From positions 1 to 36,715 of the forward strand of contig JBBCAW010000055.1 of assembly GCA_051382295.1 (NCBI GenBank): a stretch of 36,715 bases of DNA, written 5' to 3'. Each line of letters begins with the position of its first letter. The first letter of the stretch is position 1. Positions 7,808-15,037 of this stretch are shown here, piece after piece. Source of the stretch: Bdellovibrionota bacterium FG-1. GTDB lineage: Bacteria > Bdellovibrionota > UBA1018. The notes below the pieces were generated by a model that was not told where the DNA came from, made no database searches, and saw only the letters and a list, made by a program, of their open reading frames with translations. The position numbers and the translations under genes were made by a program.

Positions 7808-9458
7808 GAATGGCTTCTCGGTTCATTTCAATCAAGCCGCTTTCTTCATTCAATCGATACTGATCGGGACCGGCCACTATCTTCGCGACATGCTCGTGAA
7901 TGGCGCGAAACACGGCCGAATTTCGGCTCGGTTGAATTCGTGAAGCATAACTGATGAGCAACTTAGCTTTTTTAGGCGGAATAACGGTCATGAGTTTCTC
8001 AAGGATTTCGGGAGGCCCGATCCAAGCCGTGGCCAAATCTCGCGCCGAATAAGTTTTAAGCACGGCCTCGGCCATTTTTGGATCAATCAACAGGAGCCAA
8101 CCCAGGGAGGGGGCTGCCTGCACGATCTCGGTCGTTACTTCAGCCAAGCCCAAGAGTCCGCGCTCCTCCTCAATCGAAATCGTATTCAGCCGGACCTGTT
8201 TGCGTAAACTACGAATTGCCGAAGGTTTTAGACCGGCAAAATCGGGCGGCTGAGTCAGGCGATCTACACCCCCTCTCGCCAGTTCAATACGCTCGAGGGC
8301 CGTAAAAGACATTGACTCAATTCGAAGACTCGAGAGCTTTGAAAAAAGGCTCTTATTTTTACGCACCACATCGGTCAATACCGCATTATCCAAATGCCAA
8401 ACCGGCAGAGGGAAAATATAGTAAGGGTCTTGATCGTTTTTTAGATTATTTTCAGCCTGATTTTGAAGGTGCCCTGCATAATCCTGCAAAAAAGGTGCAG
8501 CATCTAAAAGGGCCTTCTTTCTGGGAACAGGAATTCTGCGCCACAAATAGGCCCCATACTCGTCGCATTCGCTCCAGTAGCAATCAGTCAAAAGGGCCAG
8601 TAATCCTTCGTCGGTAAAGGAATTGTACAATTCTGAGCCGGTGGTGCCTGGCTCTCCAGACTGCGCCCCTTGTGATACCTGGGTATTTTCGGTCTCTCGG
8701 AAGGTGCCCGCCTCTGGGTTCCGTCCTCCACCGCCCTGCTCCATGGCCGCACCGAGACGCTCAAAACCGTCATTGAGAGCCTTCAGCATGGTGCTTTTTC
8801 CACGCATTGCACTCCATATAATCAACAAGAACAAAAAGACAAACAATCCAACTGCCGTTAAAATGCCTAGGCCAATCGGTCCAGTCACTAAGGCCCTGAG
8901 GTCATCGGTGATCACCTTGTAATAATCGACCTTGGGCACTGCCAACTTAGCCTCCAGGGCAGCGGCCTTTTTTTCCATTTCCAATTTTGCATCATTGGCT
9001 GACTTCAGTTCATAAGCCGTTCGGGCATCCATCGCGTTTTCGTCGCTATACAAAGCCTCCGGCAAAGGATCGACCTTAATCGTGGGACGTGGCCCCAGGT
9101 CTGCCAAAAGATTTTCGATCAACCGCAAAACCCCTTGGGGCACGGATTGTTTGCGAGTCACTAACCGGACGTCGACTCGAGCGATCGCCAGATCACCCCG
9201 ACCATCCTCCACGGAAACATTTTTCAACACAAAAGGAGTCATCGGCAACGCATGATCCTGTTGCTTAGCTTGCAAACTCACAAAGACAAAAGCCTGCCGG
9301 TCAAAACTTTTCACGATCGGAGAAATTCGCTCTTCGAGCTGCCGCTGCAGTCTGAACAACGTTTCGCGACTATCTGCGGCGGCTTCACGAATCCCGGCGG
9401 TGGCCGGTAAGAGCAAAATCAGAAAGATGAAAAGGGGCCTCAATTTGAGCTGACTCAT
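7785..9458 (-). CDS. Single-pass membrane protein, putative FliF-ring-motif/FliG-like fusion (module A rotor candidate)
   Basis: Signal peptide; periplasmic alpha-beta-beta-alpha-beta domain (about 9060-9368); TM (about 8814-8880); C-terminal segment (about 7875-8110) aligning by eye with FliG_C. Confidence 0.6.
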   Translation of the reverse strand: MSQLKLRPLFIFLILLLPATAGIREAAADSRETLFRLQRQLEERISPIVKSFDRQAFVFVSLQAKQQDHALPMTPFVLKNVSVEDGRGDLAIARVDVRLVTRKQSVPQGVLRLIENLLADLGPRPTIKVDPLPEALYSDENAMDARTAYELKSANDAKLEMEKKAAALEAKLAVPKVDYYKVITDDLRALVTGPIGLGILTAVGLFVFLFLLIIWSAMRGKSTMLKALNDGFERLGAAMEQGGGGRNPEAGTFRETENTQVSQGAQSGEPGTTGSELYNSFTDEGLLALLTDCYWSECDEYGAYLWRRIPVPRKKALLDAAPFLQDYAGHLQNQAENNLKNDQDPYYIFPLPVWHLDNAVLTDVVRKNKSLFSKLSSLRIESMSFTALERIELARGGVDRLTQPPDFAGLKPSAIRSLRKQVRLNTISIEEERGLLGLAEVTTEIVQAAPSLGWLLLIDPKMAEAVLKTYSARDLATAWIGPPEILEKLMTVIPPKKAKLLISYASRIQPSRNSAVFRAIHEHVAKIVAGPDQYRLNEESGLIEMNREAIRDGTKAA

Positions 9459-10162
9459 GGTTTCACCCGCTCGGTGATACGAATACTGAGTGATCGAGTA
9501 TGCCTCGAATGCTCACTCGCCCCTTCAGAAAAGACTCGGGCAGGATCGAATCCCATTTGCAACGCAATCTCGACAGCCCGGACTGCCCTCAGATTGGACA
9601 ATACCAAGTTGGAGTCAACCACTTGGGTATGCGCCCCCCTCGCAAAGGCCGATGCATCGGTATGGCCCACGAACGTGACCGAAATTTTATCGCGATAAGG
9701 CGTCAAAAGCTGCAATATGCGCGCAAGCTCGCCCTTAATTCGTCCGTCGAGATTATAATGACCCACCCCAAAGATGTCATCCGGCAGCTCGGCTACCATT
9801 TCTTCGCCAAATTGCCGAAGAGAAACTTTTTCCCCACTCAGCACCGAGGTCAACTGTTTGAAAAGCTCCCGTTTGGGTCCCCCCTCTCCCAGCGTAGCCC
9901 CTGGGGTTGCGGTCGGTGGGGGTTTGGCTGCCGCAACACCCATACCTCCGGCCGTGGCGTCCTTTTTAAGCGTCAAAATGATTTCTTTAATGGGTGAGTT
10001 CTCGGGCATATCGGACATTTCAAAATACATCACAAAAAAGCTCATCAGCACCATCAGCAAATCGCTATAAGAAATGGCCCATAAAAACTGCATAGGATCC
10101 TCGAAGATCTCTTCGCGGCGACGCTTGGGCAGAGGAAGATGGCGCTTGGATCTAGGCTGCAT
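9455..10162 (-). CDS. motB: Stator B subunit (MotB-like), pair 3
   Basis: WAISYSDLLMVLMSFF TM with Asp, FVGHTD, SNLVLSNLRA; ATG at 10162 has GAGGAG upstream (ORF track start 10189). Confidence 0.88.
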   Translation of the reverse strand: MQPRSKRHLPLPKRRREEIFEDPMQFLWAISYSDLLMVLMSFFVMYFEMSDMPENSPIKEIILTLKKDATAGGMGVAAAKPPPTATPGATLGEGGPKRELFKQLTSVLSGEKVSLRQFGEEMVAELPDDIFGVGHYNLDGRIKGELARILQLLTPYRDKISVTFVGHTDASAFARGAHTQVVDSNLVLSNLRAVRAVEIALQMGFDPARVFSEGASEHSRHTRSLSIRITERVKP

Positions 10163-10859
10163 GACCGCCGAGCTCCTCCTCAATGACATCAGGGCTTTCG
10201 CCTTGATGAATCAGCATCAACACCTGGCAGATATGCTCATTTTGCCGACTCTTCCGTAAATGTTGAACGTAGATTCGGTCGGCCAGTGGCATCAGAAAAA
10301 CGTTGGACAAAATCAAACCGTAAAAAGTGGCGGTCATAGCAAGGGCCAAACTCGGCCCCAACTGCCCCCTGCGATCCGGCGTCAACCCCGAGAACAAAGA
10401 CACTAACCCAATCACGGTACCGGTCATCCCGAGCGCTGGGGGATATTTAGCCAAATTCCGGATGGTCGCCACGGCCTGCTCGGTGGTTGAATTCAGCTCA
10501 TCTACTCGCTGTTGAAGTAGAATCCCGAAGATTTCCGGATCATGCCCCTCGGCCCAAAGATTTTGCGCGAAACCAATCAGCGAATGCGGTTTCTTAACGA
10601 CGGCATCTCGTTTGCGACTCAGCTGCCGCAACCCCTGATTGATCACTTGGCGCGATACATCCGGATTTTTAAGCGCCCAAAGACTCTTGAACAGACCGAC
10701 AATTTCAGTTCCAGGAGATGAGATCCCCAAGACTCCAATCGTCCCGACAAAAACCAGGATAATGGAATGCATGTTCAGCAAAGTCTTGGGGTTCATGTCT
10801 CCCAGAGCAAAAGCCAAGACCGCGGCCATAATCAATGAACCGAGCGGCAACGTGATCAT
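10152..10859 (-). CDS. motA: Stator A subunit (short divergent MotA-like), pair 3
   Basis: ILVFVGT, KYPPALGMTGTVIGLV, LGPSLALAMTATFYGLILSN..PLA; shortened cytoplasmic loop. Confidence 0.88.
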   Translation of the reverse strand: MITLPLGSLIMAAVLAFALGDMNPKTLLNMHSIILVFVGTIGVLGISSPGTEIVGLFKSLWALKNPDVSRQVINQGLRQLSRKRDAVVKKPHSLIGFAQNLWAEGHDPEIFGILLQQRVDELNSTTEQAVATIRNLAKYPPALGMTGTVIGLVSLFSGLTPDRRGQLGPSLALAMTATFYGLILSNVFLMPLADRIYVQHLRKSRQNEHICQVLMLIHQGESPDVIEEELGGHAA

Positions 10860-11521
10860 CTCTTCCCTCCGGGAACATTTGTTCGTTTGACCGCCGTGGA
10901 AGCTGGCCGGGACGCCGGCGTACGTTGGGGAGTCGACCCATCTTGATAATCTCGGCCGGAAAGGGACTTATAGAGCGCCAAGGCCGAGGCGTTATTAGGA
11001 AGTTCCGCAAGCGCACTTTCTAATAAAACCCGGGCGGATTTTCGGTCCCCCATGACGACGAGACAGCTTGCCTTCAAAAATTTAAGAAAACTCAAATTGG
11101 GGTATTTTTTATAGAGCTCATCGGCCTTGAACAAAGCCTCTTTGGGCTGATCCGACCCCAACGCCATTTGAATCTCGCTCACGGAGGTCATGACTTCATT
11201 GAGAATGAGATTGTTTCTTTTTTGCAACACCTCGCCTCCCCATTGCTCCGCGGGCCGTAATGCCACACGAATTTTAGAAGCCACACTGCGCGGCGGTGGA
11301 ATCAAAACGCCAACAAAACCCGGCGATTCAATATATACAGGGAGTGCTTGCACTTGGAGAATCGACCCCTTTTTCTTAGCCTGCGCAGGTCCCGACCCTA
11401 CTCGTACAAACGCATCCTGTTGCAACTCCACGTCCTGCCGCGGAACAGACGAGCAGCCACTCACAACCACCAGGGCTGCGGGGATGATCCAAATGCAATA
11501 TGAAAATCGGGACAAGACCAT
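10856..11521 (-). CDS. TPR-containing lipoprotein (module A)
   Basis: Lipobox LVVVSG-C; C-terminal TPR pair (EALFKADELYKKYPN..ARVLLESALAELPNN); ATGA overlap with motA3; start 11521 or 11539 rather than 11608. Confidence 0.75.
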   Translation of the reverse strand: MVLSRFSYCIWIIPAALVVVSGCSSVPRQDVELQQDAFVRVGSGPAQAKKKGSILQVQALPVYIESPGFVGVLIPPPRSVASKIRVALRPAEQWGGEVLQKRNNLILNEVMTSVSEIQMALGSDQPKEALFKADELYKKYPNLSFLKFLKASCLVVMGDRKSARVLLESALAELPNNASALALYKSLSGRDYQDGSTPQRTPASRPASTAVKRTNVPGGKR

Positions 11522-11755
11522 ACATTGTCCGATCGTCATTACTATGCTTTTTCTAAATGACTTTGTTTGCAACGGATCGGTCAAAAACATGACGCGAAAA
11601 CTGATCACTCATTGGTAGAAATCCATAGGCTCTGAAATTTAGCTGGAACCCTTAAAAATTAAGGCTTTTTTAAATCCTCTTGAACCAAAAAAAAAGGTCA
11701 AGTACTCTATCAATAGACATTCAATCTATTGATCCGTTTTTCAGAGGGGGAATCC

Positions 11756-12652
11756 ATGGGGCAAAAGAATTTTCAGATGAGTCTTGTTGCTGCGATTTTG
11801 GTCAGTGGCCTTTACGGAGGTGTGGCATTGGGCGAACCGTTAACCCCGAACTCCATAACGCTTCCTGGAGGTGCGGCCAAGCTGAACGCCCAGGTCTGCA
11901 TGTTGCCTGACTTTTATGTTAGCCAAGGCAAGCTCACGCCTAATCCAGACGGAAGTGTCCATCTGAGTTTCGAAGCTGGACTCCAGGGGCAATTCGACCC
12001 GGCACAAGTACACCCAACCTCTCTATCAGTCAAAATGACGTGCAAAACCGCCAGCAAGACCATCGAAAACAAAACCCCAGTAAACAACATCTACAATTTT
12101 TCACCCTCAGTAGGCGCCACTAAAAGTGGTTGGAAAAAAATCTATGCCGGAGATATTAAATTTCCGGGATGCATTATTCCCGCAGACAATGTGACCTTTA
12201 TTGCGGATGTTCAAATCAACCCTAAAAGCCCCCTAAAACAGGATGAATGTTTCTGGAATAATAATCAATTTCAGGTTCAGACGGTCGCCCATGCACAGAA
12301 ATCTAAGCCAGCGCCACCCGCTCCTGGAGCCCCAGCGAACTGCGACCTCGACACCAATATTAACCCAGCTTTTAAAATTATCCCCACACAGGGAATAATC
12401 GATTGTAGTAAAATTTTCGATTTAGGGTTTACCGTCACTCCAAATGCACTTCCCAAAAACAGCTCCCCTTTTGTTGGACTTAATGGCAAAGGTTATCAGC
12501 CGGCAATACCCCAATCAGGCCATTGGGTCAGCAAGAATTTTTCCGGGGCTCTTCTTAAAACAAACCCCACCGTGACGGGAAAAATCTGCTGCACCGATAA
12601 TCCTAACCTATGCACAAAAGAAGGAATCATTCACATTACTTGTAGCGATTAA
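11756..12652 (+). CDS. Secreted cysteine-rich beta-rich hypothetical protein
   Basis: GAGGGGG RBS before ATG 11756; signal peptide (..GVALG); 10 Cys; PAPPAPGAP linker between two domains. Confidence 0.75.
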   Translation: MGQKNFQMSLVAAILVSGLYGGVALGEPLTPNSITLPGGAAKLNAQVCMLPDFYVSQGKLTPNPDGSVHLSFEAGLQGQFDPAQVHPTSLSVKMTCKTASKTIENKTPVNNIYNFSPSVGATKSGWKKIYAGDIKFPGCIIPADNVTFIADVQINPKSPLKQDECFWNNNQFQVQTVAHAQKSKPAPPAPGAPANCDLDTNINPAFKIIPTQGIIDCSKIFDLGFTVTPNALPKNSSPFVGLNGKGYQPAIPQSGHWVSKNFSGALLKTNPTVTGKICCTDNPNLCTKEGIIHITCSD

Positions 12653-12658
12653 GCCCCC

Positions 12659-13303
12659 TCAAAGCACCTTCATGCACAGCCGCGCCACCGGGCACTCTTC
12701 ACACTTCGCCTGACGAGCTGTGCAGATCGCCCGACCGTGACTGATCAGAAGATGCCCGTAGTGCGTCCACGTTTGCTGTGGAATGAGTTCCATCAACTCA
12801 TGCTCGACTTTGACGGGATCGGTTTCTTTCGTGAACCCCAACCGGCGTGAAACCCGGCCTACATGCGTGTCCACGACCAAACCGGGCACGCCATAGGCCA
12901 CGCCGAGCACGACATTGGCGGTCTTGCGTCCCACCCCACGGAGGGCTGTCAACCCCTCAAGCGTTTGCGGAACTTTACCGCCGTGCTTTGCAACAATCTC
13001 GCTTGAGGCATGTTGAATCGACCGCGCCTTATTTCTAAAAAACCCCGTGCTCTTGATCAACTCTTCGATCTCGCTCAAGGGGGCGCTCGCCATCTCACGC
13101 GGGCCTGGGTAACGTTTAAAAAGCGGTGGTGTCACTCGATTGACCCGCTCATCCGTGCACTGCGCCGAAAGAATCGTCGCCACGAGCAACTGAAACGGAT
13201 TTTTGTAGCTCAGACTGCACTCTGATTCTGGATAGGCCAAATCCAAAATCCGCAACACCTCGGCGGCGCGCGCACGGTCCTTTACCGTCGGTTTTTTAGC
13301 CAT
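12659..13303 (-). CDS. nth: Endonuclease III
   Basis: LLVATILSAQCTD, HhH LRGVGRKTANVV, VDTHV, C-x6-C-x2-C-x5-C 4Fe-4S motif. Confidence 0.97.
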   Translation of the reverse strand: MAKKPTVKDRARAAEVLRILDLAYPESECSLSYKNPFQLLVATILSAQCTDERVNRVTPPLFKRYPGPREMASAPLSEIEELIKSTGFFRNKARSIQHASSEIVAKHGGKVPQTLEGLTALRGVGRKTANVVLGVAYGVPGLVVDTHVGRVSRRLGFTKETDPVKVEHELMELIPQQTWTHYGHLLISHGRAICTARQAKCEECPVARLCMKVL

Positions 13304-14943
13304 TTTTCGACCTCTTGAACACTTTTAGCGTTCACCACCTGGCGGGACGGCAGCAATGCCTTGCGCGCCATCGCCACTCCAAAACTCGTGTCTTCGAGCC
13401 CCCTCACATCATGTGCATCGGGATTGATCGAAACCCAAGTACCTTGTTCGCGCAATTGCGGGCCCCATCTCCAATCAATATCCAAGCGCTGCGGGTTGGC
13501 ATTGATTTCGATCGCTACTCCCACGCGGGCGGCCTCCTCAATCACCTGCTCCATTTCCAAATCAAACCCGGGCCGCCCCAAAAGCAAACGTCCCGTCGAA
13601 TGCCCTAAAAACCGCGTACTCGGATGACGAAGCGCCGTCAGCACTCGTTCCGTCATCGCTTCACGCTCCATTTGAAATCGTGAATGCACCGACGCAATCA
13701 CAAAGTCAAAACGAGCCAGAGTCTTATCATCGTAATCCAACGAACCATCCGCCAGGATATCGCTTTCGATTCCCCAAAAAATCCGGATTTCCGGATGTTT
13801 CTCCTGAATGTCCCGAATCTCGCGTTCCTGCACCAAAAGCTCCGCAGGCTTCAACCCTTGGGCATAATAGGCCGACTGACTGTGATCGGAGATGCCGATG
13901 TATTGATAGCCGAGCTTTTTTGCACCCACCACCATTTGCTCCAAAGTCGCCCGACCATCCGAAGACGTCGTGTGATTATGGAATACGCCCCGCAACCCAT
14001 CCCAGGCCAGCACCTCACGCAAAGCCCCAGTGCGCGATAACTCGACCTCGTCACCGGTCTCACGCATTTCGGGCGAAATCAGCGCGATTCCCAGTTTTTG
14101 ATAAAACTCGGCCTCGCTGGGCGCTTCAAAGGACGAGGGAGCGCCGATCGCCTTCCAATGCTCGGCGGTCGCCGTGGTCTTTGCTAATTCAAAACCAAAG
14201 CATTGAGGTTTCGCGAAATGAAGATGGATCGCGACGTGAACGCCATTTCGCTTTTTCCAATCTTGCACCGCTGTTTCAATTTTTTCACGGAACTGTGCTT
14301 CGTCTAAAATGGCCTCAGGAAGTTCAACCACAAAATCCAAACTCGAAACCGTCTCCAATCGGCGACGAAGCGCTCCGCTTTCGCTGACTCGCGCGCCTCC
14401 TGCAGCCTCCAGTAGCGTGGGCATCAGTTTTTCGGCCAAAACAAAAGCATCATTGAGCCGATGCTGCCCCTGGGTGGCTTTCATAAATTGAACCCCTTCG
14501 AGAATCTTATGCTGAATTTTTTCACCAAAACCTTTGATCTTCAAAAGACGATTTTCCTGGCAGGCATATTCGAGCTCACTCAGACTATGGATGCCCAACT
14601 CCTCGATCAAATGCATCGCTTTTTTGGGCCCTAGACCCAAAACCTGCGTCAGTTCCAACAACCCCGCCGGCAAGGATGCTTTGAGTTCATCCGGAACCCG
14701 CGACTTCCCTCGTAATAAAAACTCAGTCAACACCTCTGAAATGCCTTTCCCAATTCCAGGCAAATCAGTCAGACGGCCAGCCTTGGCGCGAGCCACCAGA
14801 TCATGATCGCTTTCAGAACTCTCGAAAAGCGTCTTCGCTGCCTTTTCAAAGGCTCGAATTTTAAAGGGATTTTCACCTTTCAATTCCATGAGCCGCTGAA
14901 TTTCTTCGAGCAGAGCGATCGCATCCAAACGGGATGAATTCAT
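13282..14943 (-). CDS. polX: DNA polymerase X/PHP family protein with non-canonical polymerase site
   Basis: GENPFKIRAF, LPGIGKGI, GLGPKK, GFGEK HhH motifs; PHP motifs HNHT, DHS, SVHS, GHSTGR, EINA, DAH; GGAGGAGG RBS before ATG 14943. Confidence 0.92.
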   Translation of the reverse strand: MNSSRLDAIALLEEIQRLMELKGENPFKIRAFEKAAKTLFESSESDHDLVARAKAGRLTDLPGIGKGISEVLTEFLLRGKSRVPDELKASLPAGLLELTQVLGLGPKKAMHLIEELGIHSLSELEYACQENRLLKIKGFGEKIQHKILEGVQFMKATQGQHRLNDAFVLAEKLMPTLLEAAGGARVSESGALRRRLETVSSLDFVVELPEAILDEAQFREKIETAVQDWKKRNGVHVAIHLHFAKPQCFGFELAKTTATAEHWKAIGAPSSFEAPSEAEFYQKLGIALISPEMRETGDEVELSRTGALREVLAWDGLRGVFHNHTTSSDGRATLEQMVVGAKKLGYQYIGISDHSQSAYYAQGLKPAELLVQEREIRDIQEKHPEIRIFWGIESDILADGSLDYDDKTLARFDFVIASVHSRFQMEREAMTERVLTALRHPSTRFLGHSTGRLLLGRPGFDLEMEQVIEEAARVGVAIEINANPQRLDIDWRWGPQLREQGTWVSINPDAHDVRGLEDTSFGVAMARKALLPSRQVVNAKSVQEVEKWLKNRR

Positions 14944-15037
14944 CACTAAGCCTCCTCCCATTGATCGGCGCAAGTTGACAACTTTTATTTTACAATCTCC
15001 AAAATTAATGCTACGCGTCAAATGAGGACATTTTCTT

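Noticed and set aside
1100..10859. motAB pairs as a Zorya anti-phage system (ZorAB)
   Set aside because: The A subunits are only 235-286 aa with no long ZorA cytoplasmic tail, and no ZorC/D/E-like helicase or nuclease genes are adjacent
5573..10859. Pairs 2 and 3 as ExbBD/TolQR or AglRQS gliding motors
   Set aside because: The B subunits have the MotB W-x-x-[ST]-[YF]-x-D TM and an OmpA-like GHTD domain, not the ExbD/TolR pattern, and no TonB-like partner is present
7175..11521. Module A as a type III secretion or flagellar basal-body remnant
   Set aside because: No export gate, ATPase, rod, hook or secretin genes, and all ORFs are intact and tightly coupled rather than decayed
14975..14996. 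TTGACA and TACAAT as a sigma-70 promoter for the S41 peptidase
   Set aside because: The spacer is only 10 nt
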